From Candidatus Sumerlaeaceae bacterium (GTDB taxonomy: Bacteria; Sumerlaeota; Sumerlaeia; Sumerlaeales; Sumerlaeaceae), in assembly GCA_049968255.1 (NCBI GenBank), contig JBMFRB010000002.1:32001-96000 (forward strand): a stretch of DNA of 64,000 nt. Direction: 5' to 3'. Each line of letters begins with the position of its first letter. Position 1 is the first letter of the stretch. Below the pieces are notes generated by a model that was not told where the DNA came from, ran no database searches, and was given only the letters and a program-made list of their open reading frames with translations. The position numbers were made by a program, and so were the translations under genes. Of this stretch, positions 28,760 through 38,463 are shown one piece after another.

Positions 28760-29982
28760 CGTGGGATCGCGACTATTTGGCGCTGCGCGACGAGATTCTC
28801 TCTTTTGTGAACATGCCGTTTCTAGACATTCCCGCTTATGCGGCGCATCCTCTCGCCGACGAAGAATGCTTCAATAGTCTCGCGCTGCGGATTTTTAAGT
28901 TCCAGCTGCACTATAACCCCCTTTATAGGTCCTATGCCGAGCAGCTCCGAAGGACGACACCTGCGAACTGGCGGGAAATACCTTCCCTCTGGACAAGCGC
29001 ATTCAAACGGGCTCGCGTGACAACCTTCCCTCCTGACAAGACCGTCTGCTTTTTTAAAACAAGCGGGACAACGGAGGGCGAAAGCGGGATCCACGAATTC
29101 TGCGATCGAGAACTCTATCGTCGTGGAGCGCTTACATTTTTTCGTGCGGCCCTGCTAGCTGATAACCTACGGATGAAGTTATTTCTCCTGACGCCACCGC
29201 CTGTTGAGGCGCCTCACAGCAGTCTTGTGTTTATGCTCGAGGCTATTCGGAAAAAGTTTGCAGCTCAGGCATCGCGCTACTACCTGCGCCGTGGCAGGTT
29301 GAACAGTCACGCTTTGATTCAGGGGCTTATTGATGCATGTCGCAAAGACCAGCCAGTCTTTCTTCTTGGGACGGCTTTCGCATTTGCTTTCCTTTTGCAG
29401 GATCTTTCTCGTCTAGCGCTGCGTCTGTGCCTACCGCGTGGAAGCCGTATCATGGAGACTGGGGGATTCAAAGGTCGTGTGAAAGAGATTCCTCGCGACG
29501 AATTTTACGCTCAGCTCGAGGAAGCTCTCGGCATCCCACGCTCGCACATTGTTAACGAGTACGGCATGACTGAACTTTCGTCGCAGTTCTACGACAGAGG
29601 GTTGGCGGAAACATTAACTGGCCGGCGCGTGCCCGTTGCTGAGATGAGCCTTAAGGTGGGGCCACCTTGGACACGTGTGCTCATTGTCGATCCTATCACT
29701 GGCGAGGAAGTGCCGCCGGGAAAGCGCGGCCTGATTCGAGTTTATGATCTTGCGAACCTCGGCAGTGTTGTGGCGATTCAGACTGAGGATATCGGGGTGC
29801 GCTGCGAGTGCGGGTTTGAAATTCTCGGTCGAGCCCCTTCAGCACCGCCACGCGGCTGCTCGCTCGATGCCGAAACATTATTTACGGGAGATTTGCACAA
29901 TGAAAGGGTCGCCGTTCGAAAGGATCGAGGCAGCACCGCCAGATCCAATTCTCGGACTCACCGAGGCATTCAACGCGGATAA
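28756..29982 (+). CDS. Acyl-protein synthetase (LuxE family)
   Basis: F.TSGTT, LLGTAFA, METGGFKGR, EYGMTELSSQ.Y, DLAN.GS..IQTEDIG and acylated Cys in RGCSL; 3' tail overlaps aspC. Confidence 0.88.
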   Translation: MTWDRDYLALRDEILSFVNMPFLDIPAYAAHPLADEECFNSLALRIFKFQLHYNPLYRSYAEQLRRTTPANWREIPSLWTSAFKRARVTTFPPDKTVCFFKTSGTTEGESGIHEFCDRELYRRGALTFFRAALLADNLRMKLFLLTPPPVEAPHSSLVFMLEAIRKKFAAQASRYYLRRGRLNSHALIQGLIDACRKDQPVFLLGTAFAFAFLLQDLSRLALRLCLPRGSRIMETGGFKGRVKEIPRDEFYAQLEEALGIPRSHIVNEYGMTELSSQFYDRGLAETLTGRRVPVAEMSLKVGPPWTRVLIVDPITGEEVPPGKRGLIRVYDLANLGSVVAIQTEDIGVRCECGFEILGRAPSAPPRGCSLDAETLFTGDLHNERVAVRKDRGSTARSNSRTHRGIQRG

Positions 29983-31120
29983 AAATCCGAACAAAGTGAA
30001 CTTAGGCGTTGGGGTTTATCAGGACGAAAACGGCCGCGTTCCTGTCCTGTCGACAGTCCGCGAAGCCGAGCGTCGCTGGTATGAAAAGGAGGATTCTAAG
30101 TCCTATCTGCCGATTGATGGTGTGCCAGCTTATAACCGGGCAGTCAAAGAACTCCTCTTCGGCGCTAACGCTGATGGTGTGAAAGAAGGTCGTGTTGTTA
30201 CCGTTCAGGCGCTGGGTGGGACAGGAGCTCTTCGCGTCGGAGCTGATTTCCTCAAGCGCTTTTTTCCAAACGCGAAGGTTTGGATCAGCGATCCGTCGTG
30301 GGAAAATCATCGTGCCCTCTTTGAGGCTGCAGGATTTCAAGTTGCGACGTATCCGTACTATGATCCGACGACGCATGGACTCCGTTTCGATGCCATGCTC
30401 GAACATGTCGGAACAATTCCTGATGGGGACGTGCTTTTGCTTCATGCTTCGTGTCACAATCCCACGGGGGTGGATTTGTCAGAAGAGCAATGGGCAAAGC
30501 TTGCAGATGTGCTAGTAGGAAAACAAATTATTCCATTCGTCGACTTTGCCTATCAGGGCTTTTATCAGGGGCTTGAGGAGGACGCTTTTGCTGTTCGCCT
30601 CTTCGCAGCGAAGGGCTTGAAATTTCTGGTCGCCAGCTCCTTCTCGAAAAATTTCTCGCTCTATCGTGAGCGCGTTGGAGCACTGTCATTTATCACCGAG
30701 AGCGAAGAGGAGGCAAAGCGCGTCCTTAGTCAAGTCAAGCGGGTGATCCGCACGAATTGGTCGAATCCACCTTCGCATGGTGCCCAAGTGGTTGCTTTGG
30801 TGCTCAATGATCCAGAACTCAAGGCGAAGTGGGAAGGCGAAGTGGCCCAGATGCGCGATCGAATTCGTAAAATGAGGCGCCTTTTTGTGGAAACGCTTCG
30901 CGAGAAAGGACTCGATCGCGATTTCAGCTTTATTGAGCGCCAGAACGGCATGTTTTCCTTTTCCGGGTTAGAACCGCACGTGGTTGAATGTTTGCGCAAC
31001 GAATTCAGCCTTTACATTGTGCGCAGCGGCCGAATTTGCGTCGCAGCCATGAATGAGAGGAACATTGACTATATCTGCGATGCAATCGCACGTGCTTTGA
31101 AAGGGCAATCCGGAGGCTAG
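29900..31120 (+). CDS. aspC: Aspartate/aromatic amino-acid aminotransferase
   Basis: PPDPILGL, NLGVGVY, GGTGAL, CHNPTG.D, D.AYQGF, SFSKNFSLY.ER.G and GRI motifs; start ATG 29900 with GGAG SD. Confidence 0.95.
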   Translation: MKGSPFERIEAAPPDPILGLTEAFNADKNPNKVNLGVGVYQDENGRVPVLSTVREAERRWYEKEDSKSYLPIDGVPAYNRAVKELLFGANADGVKEGRVVTVQALGGTGALRVGADFLKRFFPNAKVWISDPSWENHRALFEAAGFQVATYPYYDPTTHGLRFDAMLEHVGTIPDGDVLLLHASCHNPTGVDLSEEQWAKLADVLVGKQIIPFVDFAYQGFYQGLEEDAFAVRLFAAKGLKFLVASSFSKNFSLYRERVGALSFITESEEEAKRVLSQVKRVIRTNWSNPPSHGAQVVALVLNDPELKAKWEGEVAQMRDRIRKMRRLFVETLREKGLDRDFSFIERQNGMFSFSGLEPHVVECLRNEFSLYIVRSGRICVAAMNERNIDYICDAIARALKGQSGG

Positions 31121-31165
31121 GCCACCGGTGAGGGCCGCACTGTTTGCTCAGGAGCAGAATAACGC

Positions 31166-34100
31166 ATGACGTGGGATGAGGTGCGAGCGGAAGCCCGGGC
31201 CGTGGCACGTTCGCCTGAGGAGCGAGAGTCTCTCGAACGAGCGCTCGATGCCATTAAGGGCAACCAGCGAGCCGAAGACCCCTCGGGCAAAATGCTGCGT
31301 GTTATAGTGAAAGCGATGTTCCGCACTCCTCATCCCGCGGGCGCCCTTGTGCTGTTCGAGCGCTATTTCTCGGCCCTTCCAGAAAGGGATGAGTTTGTTC
31401 GCCGACTTGAGAGTGCGCCACAGGCCGAGCAAATCCTCGCGGCTGTCTTTGGGTTTTCTGAGTTTCTGTCGAATGTTCTGATTCGCGAGCCTGAGCTTTT
31501 GTGGTGGCTTGCCCAGCCTGGCGAGCTGCAGTCGGATAAACCCCGCGAAATGTTTTTCCAAGGGGCGGAGCAACATGTCGCGCCTTATGAGACATTCGAG
31601 GAGCGCCATATTGCCCTGTGCCAATGGAGAAATCGCGAGCTACTGCGCGTGGGCGTGCGTGATGTGCTCCGGCTAGCAACCATCGAGCAGGTCACGCGAG
31701 AAATTTCCGACATTGCTCACGCCTGTGTCCATGTGGCGGCCCAGACAGCGTGGGAGGAACTGGTTGAACGCTACGGGGTGCCTCTTGTCGAAAGCGGTCT
31801 GCAGCCGACCCATCCTGCCGGAATGTGCGTGCTTGGCATGGGCAAACTCGGCGGGCGAGAACTCAACTTCTCTTCCGACATAGATCTCATTTTCATCTAC
31901 GACGCCGAGGGCGAAACAACGGGCCAAACATCTCCCAGCCGGAAAGGTGTGCGAATCAGCAACCACGAGTTTTTTAACAAGATGGGGGAGAAGATTGTAA
32001 AATTTCTTTCCGCACGCGGCCCGGCCGGGACGCTCTTCCGCGTGGATATGCGTCTTCGCCCTGAGGGCAAATCTGGCCCCTTAGCTCGATCGTTCGAGTC
32101 GCTAGTAAACTATTTGGAGCAGCAGGCACGCGATTGGGAGCGACTCGCCTACCTCAAGGCTCGCGTGCTCACTGGACCAGCACCTCTTCGCGCAAGGCTC
32201 TACCAAGTGATGCAACAGTTCGTCTACGACAAGGCGGAGCCAAGACGAATCATTAATGAGATCGAAAAACTGAAACTGATGATCGATCGCGAGGTGTTGC
32301 TCAGCGACACTTACCACCGCGAGGTGAAACGTGGTTACGGCGGCATTCGTGAGATCGAGTTTATCATTGCTGCCATGCAGATCATTTACGGTCAGCAACA
32401 TCCTGCTCTGCGCGTGCGTAATATCTTTTTGGCAATCGACAGACTTGCCGATGTGAACGTCTTGCCGCGACAGGAAGCGGAATTTTACCTCAGGTCCTAT
32501 GAGTTCTTGCGGCTGGTCGAGCATCGCTTGCAGATGGCGGCGGAGCATCAAACGCACACCCTGCCCGCTTCTGAGGACGAGCTCGAAATCCTGGCCAAGC
32601 GATGCCATTTCTCAGATGTGCAAGAATTTCAGGAGCGATATCGCGAAGTCACACACGGCGTCCATGAGCGCTTTACGAGGTTCTTTGAGCGAGACATTGA
32701 GAAGGAAGCACGCGAATTGCAGGACGTGCTCATTCTCCTGGATGACAACGCTGCGCCAGAAGAGGCCCTCGCTGTCCTCAGCCGCTACGGAATTGCGTCG
32801 GAACATTCGTTGCGGCTTATCCGGGATCTGGCTTTTGGCACGCGCGAGGTTTTCATCGCCGCCCAAGGACAGCAGTTCTTCGAGCAAATGCTGCCCTCAC
32901 TCCTGCGTTTGATTGCACGTGCTCCTTTACCCGTGCGCGTACTTTCCCATTTTCAATCTTTTATGTTAGCGGTACGCGGCATCACGTACTATTATGAGCT
33001 GATCGCGCAGCATCCCGATATTTTGCGCCTCCTCGTCATGCTCTTCGGAACGAGCGACTACTTCTCCGAGGTGCTTGTCTCCCATCCAGAGTTTTTCGAT
33101 GCGATTCTTGGCTCACGTCTTGTTCACGAGCAAAGTGTGCCGGAAGTTGTCGACTCACGTTTGCGGGAAATGGTGGGGAAAAAAGGGCCGTGGGAACACC
33201 GAGCTGTAGCTTTGCGGCGTGCTGTAAAATTCGAGCAGTTGATCACCGCGCTGCGATTTATCCTTGGGTTACGGCCGCTCGCTGACATTGCCGAACAATT
33301 ATCAATCGTTGCCGACAAAGCGCTGAGAGTTGCCTATGAGCTGGCAGTGGAACGTTATGTGGAGCGATTACAGGCGGAGAACAATGCGCCGCGGGTAGCC
33401 GTCGAACTGTTCTTAGCCGGGGACTCAGTTCCGATGACGATTTTGGCCTTTGGAAAATACGGTGGGCGCGAGCTTAGCTTTTTCGGCGATCTTGACATCG
33501 TTTACGTCTGGAACGACTTAGACGCCAAAGCTCGCACCAATAGCCCGGCTAGCGGCGGACAAGTTTTCCAGTTCATTGATCATTTCGTCTATACGGTAAC
33601 GGAAAATTTGCGTGAGGGCCGCTTGTTTGCTCTCGATGCACGGCTTCGGCCCCATGGTCGCAACTCCCCCCTTGTCACGCCGCTAAGTCAATATCTCGAG
33701 TACATGCGCACGGAGGCCGATGTATGGGAACTCATGGCGTTCACGCGGGCGCGTGTTGTGCTCGGTGACACAAAACTTCTGCAGCGCCTTGCAGAGTGCG
33801 CTCGCGAAAGGCTTGCGGCATTCTCGGCAGAGCAAATCCGCGCTCGCGTGCTCGATATGCGCGCGCGCCTGGAACAATCGGTAACCACAAGCGACCGAGA
33901 ACGCTGCGAGTATAAGCGGAGCGCCGGCGGCCTCATCGACGTGGAATTTCTCCTGCAGTACTGGGCTTTGCAGACTCAATATCCCTTCACGGCACTACAA
34001 AGTGCTTCGTATCTGCACCAATTCGCGGAGCGTTCGGCGGGACCGCCTTGGTGCGCGACTGACGATTGGAATCGGCTCGGGCAAAATTACACGTTCTTGC

Positions 34101-34297
34101 GCCAAGTCGATGCAACCGTGCGCATCATGACGCGTGAAAGTGCTGGGCGACTGCCGGCTGATCCAACAGTTGCTGACGGTGTCGCTCGATTTCTTGGTGA
34201 CGACGATATAGAAATGCTTCGGCAACGTCTTATTGCCGTCATGCAAGAAACGCGGTCTCTCTTTCACCAGTATTTGACTCCAGGTGAGGTGAGGTAG
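31166..34297 (+). CDS. glnE: Glutamine synthetase adenylyltransferase/deadenylase
   Basis: Two nucleotidyltransferase modules (GMGKLGGRELNFSSDIDL and FGKYGGREL...DLD), D.RLRP.G, and K.G.GGI..IEF. Confidence 0.92.
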   Translation: MTWDEVRAEARAVARSPEERESLERALDAIKGNQRAEDPSGKMLRVIVKAMFRTPHPAGALVLFERYFSALPERDEFVRRLESAPQAEQILAAVFGFSEFLSNVLIREPELLWWLAQPGELQSDKPREMFFQGAEQHVAPYETFEERHIALCQWRNRELLRVGVRDVLRLATIEQVTREISDIAHACVHVAAQTAWEELVERYGVPLVESGLQPTHPAGMCVLGMGKLGGRELNFSSDIDLIFIYDAEGETTGQTSPSRKGVRISNHEFFNKMGEKIVKFLSARGPAGTLFRVDMRLRPEGKSGPLARSFESLVNYLEQQARDWERLAYLKARVLTGPAPLRARLYQVMQQFVYDKAEPRRIINEIEKLKLMIDREVLLSDTYHREVKRGYGGIREIEFIIAAMQIIYGQQHPALRVRNIFLAIDRLADVNVLPRQEAEFYLRSYEFLRLVEHRLQMAAEHQTHTLPASEDELEILAKRCHFSDVQEFQERYREVTHGVHERFTRFFERDIEKEARELQDVLILLDDNAAPEEALAVLSRYGIASEHSLRLIRDLAFGTREVFIAAQGQQFFEQMLPSLLRLIARAPLPVRVLSHFQSFMLAVRGITYYYELIAQHPDILRLLVMLFGTSDYFSEVLVSHPEFFDAILGSRLVHEQSVPEVVDSRLREMVGKKGPWEHRAVALRRAVKFEQLITALRFILGLRPLADIAEQLSIVADKALRVAYELAVERYVERLQAENNAPRVAVELFLAGDSVPMTILAFGKYGGRELSFFGDLDIVYVWNDLDAKARTNSPASGGQVFQFIDHFVYTVTENLREGRLFALDARLRPHGRNSPLVTPLSQYLEYMRTEADVWELMAFTRARVVLGDTKLLQRLAECARERLAAFSAEQIRARVLDMRARLEQSVTTSDRERCEYKRSAGGLIDVEFLLQYWALQTQYPFTALQSASYLHQFAERSAGPPWCATDDWNRLGQNYTFLRQVDATVRIMTRESAGRLPADPTVADGVARFLGDDDIEMLRQRLIAVMQETRSLFHQYLTPGEVR

Positions 34298-34350
34298 CTC
34301 ATTGCGAAAAAGACTTGCATACGCGGCGTTGAGCTTGCGGGATAGGGGAC

Positions 34351-35055
34351 ATGCAACACGAGAGAATTGACTACAGCGAGATCGTTTTGCGGCGCCTACA
34401 CTCGTTGACGGGGCTCGTGCCGCTCACTTTTTTCATCGGTTTTCACTTCTTTGCGAATTCTTTTTCGACCAAGGGCGAAGAGGCATTTAACGCCACGGTG
34501 GCAACCCTTCGCGGGCTTCCGTATTTGCACGCCATCGAATGGGGAGTCCTTTTTGCCCCATTTTTATTCCACATGTTTTATGGCTTGTGGATCATTTTCA
34601 GCGGCAAGCCCAACCCGCTGCGCTTCAAATATCCTCGCAATTGGGCTTACGTGGCGCAGCGCGTCACAGCAATTGTCGTGTTTGTTTTTATATTTTATCA
34701 TGTTATCAGTCTTCGCTTTATGGACTGGCGAGCCGTTGATGAATCAGGCAAACTGAACTTCTATCAGCTTCTTCACCGAGAGTTTCAAAAGCCAGCCGTT
34801 TACTGGTGGTACGTTATCGGAATTGCCTGCACAGCGTTTCATGTTGCGAACGGTTTCTGCACGTTTTGCATGACCTGGGGAATTACCGTGGGGCGAAAGG
34901 CTCAACGCGGCCTTGCCTATGCAATGACCCTTGTGGGAATCGGACTTTTCGTTATTGGCGTCTCAGCGATTCATGGTTTTCTCAATGCACCCACTGCCGG
35001 CAAAGATTCTCGGGCACAGGTTGAAGCGATTCCTCAGCAAGAAGCTTCCCGTTGA
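34351..35055 (+). CDS. sdhC: Succinate dehydrogenase/fumarate reductase cytochrome b558 subunit (Bacillus type)
   Basis: RRLHSLTG.VP, H...NS, P.LFH..YG, QR.T...FI.YH and FH.ANG...F..TWG (heme histidines). Confidence 0.9.
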   Translation: MQHERIDYSEIVLRRLHSLTGLVPLTFFIGFHFFANSFSTKGEEAFNATVATLRGLPYLHAIEWGVLFAPFLFHMFYGLWIIFSGKPNPLRFKYPRNWAYVAQRVTAIVVFVFIFYHVISLRFMDWRAVDESGKLNFYQLLHREFQKPAVYWWYVIGIACTAFHVANGFCTFCMTWGITVGRKAQRGLAYAMTLVGIGLFVIGVSAIHGFLNAPTAGKDSRAQVEAIPQQEASR

Positions 35056-35091
35056 CAACTTGATAAAACGCAGTTCGTGAGATTGACCATG

Positions 35092-35118
35092 AAAAAGGGG
35101 CAATACAGGTTGCCCCTT
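35092..35118 (-). terminator. Rho-independent terminator between convergent sdhC and nfuA-like genes
   Basis: 9-bp stem AAGGGGCAA/TTGCCCCTT with 6-nt loop and a T-run on the minus strand. Confidence 0.7.
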
Positions 35119-35147
35119 CGCGTTTCTCAGTTTGTCCGACACGCGAT

Positions 35148-35459
35148 CTATGCCATTTCCACGCTTCGTACTTCCGGAACTTCTTCAATAATTCGGGCTT
35201 CAACTCCCATTTTTAGGGTATAGAGCGAGCTCGGACATCCGGAGCATGCCCCTTGTAGACGCACGTAAACGACCGCATCCTCGACCCCCACGAGCTCAAT
35301 GTCACCACCATCTGCCTGCAGGTAAGGGCGAAGTTGTGAAATGATCGGCTCTACGCGCGAACGTATGTGATCATCTGAACTCTCCACGACATTCTGTTTC
35401 GCAAAATCCTGCGCAGTCGTGGACTGTTCTTCTGTCGGCTTCTTGCGGAAAATTGCCAT
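35148..35459 (-). CDS. NifU/NfuA C-terminal domain Fe-S carrier
   Basis: RPYLQADGGD.EL and GACSGCPSS..TLK.GVE motifs; AGGAG SD. Confidence 0.92.
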   Translation of the reverse strand: MAIFRKKPTEEQSTTAQDFAKQNVVESSDDHIRSRVEPIISQLRPYLQADGGDIELVGVEDAVVYVRLQGACSGCPSSLYTLKMGVEARIIEEVPEVRSVEMA

Positions 35460-35512
35460 GCTTTGTTCTCCTTCGTCTGGCTTTTGGCTGTTAGTAGAGC
35501 GTCAGGAAAGGC

Positions 35513-36661
35513 CTATTCAGTTTTGAAATCGGCCAAAACGTGCCAATAGACTTCGTGAAGCTTTTGGCACATTCGCTCGGCGGAGAATAATTCCGCAGCT
35601 CGTTGCTTAGCTGCAGCGCCGAAGAGAGGGCGTAAATCGTCATCCGCGAGCAACCTGCTCAAGGCACTCGCCAAGGCAAGTGGATCCGCGGGAGGTACAA
35701 CAAAACCAGTCACACCGTGCTGGTTGACGAACGACACCCCTGTATCCAGCGCTGTGCTCACCACCGGAAGGCCGCAGGCCATGGCTTCGATTTGACAAAG
35801 GCCAAATGCCTCGCTCCGAAGATGAGACGGCAGACAGAAGACATCCGCGGCATAAAGGTGACAGATCATGTCTTCATCATCGAGGTCGCCGAGAAAATGA
35901 ACGCGCTTATCGACTCCAGCTGCACGGGCTTGGAGAAAAAGGCGTTCCTGCTCAGGGCCTACACCTACGATGAGAAGCTGTGCCTCCACATGCCGCATCG
36001 CCTCCACAAGAAAGTGAAGCCCTTTATAGTATCGCAGTCTTCCGACAAAAATCACAATTGGCCTACCACCAAACTGCTCGCGGATCTGCGCCGCTTTGCG
36101 CTGTCGTTCAGGCGTTTTCTCAAACCGCTGCAAAGCAATCCCTAGAGGAACGACGCGACATTTGTCCCGATGTCGCCTGAGCCAGACAGAGCTCTCGATG
36201 TAGTTTGGCGACGTCGGCATGATCACGGCGGCACGGCGCATCATTTGTTCTTGAACAAGGCCGTAAGCCGCCATGGCAGCCCTCTGCCGGACTACGTCGC
36301 TGTGGTAGGTGATGACGTAGGGTTTTCTTATGCCCCCGAGTAGGAAAGCGATATCCCCCGTCGGATTCGGATGATGAAAGTGCAACAGATCGGCGCGAGC
36401 AGCCTCGTGTTGGAGCGCCCGCACAAATGCCGGAGCAAGTGGCGCACTCCACACCCGGCCCCATTCACGCACCCGAACCACACGCACACCTTCGACGATT
36501 TCCTCTCCTGCGTCTGCCTTGCCTGCACACACAAGAACGGATACATCGAAATCTTTCAGGCTGCCCCTCGCCATGAGATTAATGGTGTTCTCGATGCCGC
36601 CGCGTACGGGCGGATAGTAGTCCTTATAGACATGGAGGACTCGCGGTGCCTGCTTGTTCAC
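35513..36661 (-). CDS. Glycosyltransferase family 4
   Basis: YYPPVRGGIE, H.PNP, GRLRYYKG and SEAFGL.QIEAMACG motifs. Confidence 0.92.
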   Translation of the reverse strand: MNKQAPRVLHVYKDYYPPVRGGIENTINLMARGSLKDFDVSVLVCAGKADAGEEIVEGVRVVRVREWGRVWSAPLAPAFVRALQHEAARADLLHFHHPNPTGDIAFLLGGIRKPYVITYHSDVVRQRAAMAAYGLVQEQMMRRAAVIMPTSPNYIESSVWLRRHRDKCRVVPLGIALQRFEKTPERQRKAAQIREQFGGRPIVIFVGRLRYYKGLHFLVEAMRHVEAQLLIVGVGPEQERLFLQARAAGVDKRVHFLGDLDDEDMICHLYAADVFCLPSHLRSEAFGLCQIEAMACGLPVVSTALDTGVSFVNQHGVTGFVVPPADPLALASALSRLLADDDLRPLFGAAAKQRAAELFSAERMCQKLHEVYWHVLADFKTE

Positions 36662-37800
36662 GGTTGAGTCTCCGTGTGCGACGCATGGAGTGCTTTTTCA
36701 TAGACTTCGATGATCTCATTAATCCAGCGGTCGTAGTTGTGGTAACGCCGCACGTGGTCCAATGCTTGTCTTGCCAAGCTCGCAGCGAACCGCCGATCCT
36801 GTAAGATCGAGCAAATTCCGCCCGCGAGTGCCTCGACATCGCCTGGCGGCACAAGAATCCCTGTCTGACGGTCGACGATGATCTCGGGTAGACATCCCAC
36901 ACGGGTTGCGACGAGCGGCACCCCACTGGCCATGGTTTCGTAAGCGATTCTGCTCGATCCCTCGCTGCCCAGTGATGCGATCACACTTACGTCGAGCGAC
37001 GCAAGCACTGCTGGCAAATCTGAAAGCCACTGCTTGAAGATCACACGATTATCTATGCCAAGCTCCTTTGCCTGTTGAGCAAGCGATTGGAATTTGATTT
37101 CTGAGCCGCGCCCCGCAATAAGAAATCGACTTTCTGGGAAAAGCTTGCTTACAAGTCGAGCCGCACGAAGAAACACGCGTTGGCCCTTCACGTTCTGAAT
37201 GCGGGCGATGAGACCAACCAGAGGTTTGTCCTCTCCCACCCCGAATTCGTCGCGCAAGGCGGCCGAGCGGTGTCGGGGCGAAAACGTTTCAAGGTCAACA
37301 GCCGAGTAAATGACGTGCAGACGCGGCCCTAGCTGTTTGCCGATTCGACCAAGACTTTGTGCAGCAGCTTGCGAGACCGCGATGGTTTGCGCAGTAAATC
37401 GGCGGAAAAGGACAGCATTGAGAAAGTGCTGAGCCATCGGCACAACAACGTGGCGCGTGCGCACCAGCGGTGGGAAGCTCCACGGCCAAAAGGCTTTTGC
37501 GGCCGCAGCGACCCAATGATCCTTTCCTCGATGACAGTGGATAAGGTCGGGTCGCCAAAGCCTGACGATTCGTAAGAGAGCCAGTACGTCTTCGAAGTCA
37601 GAGTGCGGATGAAACTTGCTGGGAAAATGGAATGCGATTGGCGACAGCCCCGCCTGGCGCGCTCGTTGCTCTACCTCGTGACCCCTGCGCACCACGAGCT
37701 GGGCTTCATGGCCACGTTTTTGTAACTCACGCGTCAAGTCAAGGCAGTGCGCCGCCTCACCAATGAACTTTCGTGCGCTATTCAGGATCAAAACTCGCAT
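36658..37800 (-). CDS. Glycosyltransferase family 4
   Basis: R.RH, AR...KG and SEG..R..YE.MASG.P.VAT.VG motifs. Confidence 0.9.
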   Translation of the reverse strand: MRVLILNSARKFIGEAAHCLDLTRELQKRGHEAQLVVRRGHEVEQRARQAGLSPIAFHFPSKFHPHSDFEDVLALLRIVRLWRPDLIHCHRGKDHWVAAAAKAFWPWSFPPLVRTRHVVVPMAQHFLNAVLFRRFTAQTIAVSQAAAQSLGRIGKQLGPRLHVIYSAVDLETFSPRHRSAALRDEFGVGEDKPLVGLIARIQNVKGQRVFLRAARLVSKLFPESRFLIAGRGSEIKFQSLAQQAKELGIDNRVIFKQWLSDLPAVLASLDVSVIASLGSEGSSRIAYETMASGVPLVATRVGCLPEIIVDRQTGILVPPGDVEALAGGICSILQDRRFAASLARQALDHVRRYHNYDRWINEIIEVYEKALHASHTETQP

Positions 37801-37938
37801 CTTCTTATCTTCAGGACGAAATCCCGGCTACTGTTCTCGCACTCTCCTCGTCAGACAATCACCAATATGCTTTTCACCGCAGATTTGACAGCGCCACGAC
37901 TTCACGTGAATATTCAACCACTAGCAGGAGGAGATCAG

Positions 37939-38463
37939 ATGCAAATCGAGATAAGCAAAGGAAACATTGTGGAAGCTGACACGGATGTGATTGTCAATGC
38001 CGCCAACACAGACTTGATTCTCGGTGCGGGTGTGGCGGGGGCCATTCGACGTGCGGGCGGCCCGCGTATTCAAGAAGAATGCAACGCACTGGCACCAATT
38101 CGGTTAGGCGATGTTGCTGTCACAAGCGCAGGGAATCTGCCGCACCGCTACGTCTTTCACGCAGCCACCATGAGCCTGTCCAACCCGCAGACAACGAAGG
38201 ATATTGTCGCTTCCTGCACGCGCGTGGCACTCGAAAAGGCAGAAGAACTGGCTTGCAGAAACATCGCTTTTCCCGCTCTTGGTACGGGTGTAGCCGGTCT
38301 CAGCCTTACCGAGTGCGCTGATGCCATGCTTCGCACGGCACGCGAATTTGCCAAGGAGCCGCGAGAGGGAAATCTCTCACTACAGAGAATTGTCTTTGTA
38401 TTATTCGATGAGGAGGCCGAGCGGATTTTTCGCCAAAAATTGCATGAGCTCACTCATGGCTGA
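37939..38463 (+). CDS. Macro domain protein (ADP-ribose binding/hydrolase)
   Basis: GNI..D.IVNAAN, GAGVAGAI and AFPALGTGV motifs; ATG 37939 with AGGAGG SD. Confidence 0.93.
   Translation: MQIEISKGNIVEADTDVIVNAANTDLILGAGVAGAIRRAGGPRIQEECNALAPIRLGDVAVTSAGNLPHRYVFHAATMSLSNPQTTKDIVASCTRVALEKAEELACRNIAFPALGTGVAGLSLTECADAMLRTAREFAKEPREGNLSLQRIVFVLFDEEAERIFRQKLHELTHG

Noticed and set aside
29744-29899. Extended N-termini given in the ORF track for aspC (also macro domain, scpA, nadD, rluB, zapA/B, recR, rsfS)
   Set aside because: Homology and SD positions point to downstream starts; the extensions overlap neighbouring genes.
20707-29982. Bioluminescence (lux) operon
   Set aside because: No luxA, luxB, luxD or luxG, and luxC and luxE are in separate transcription units.
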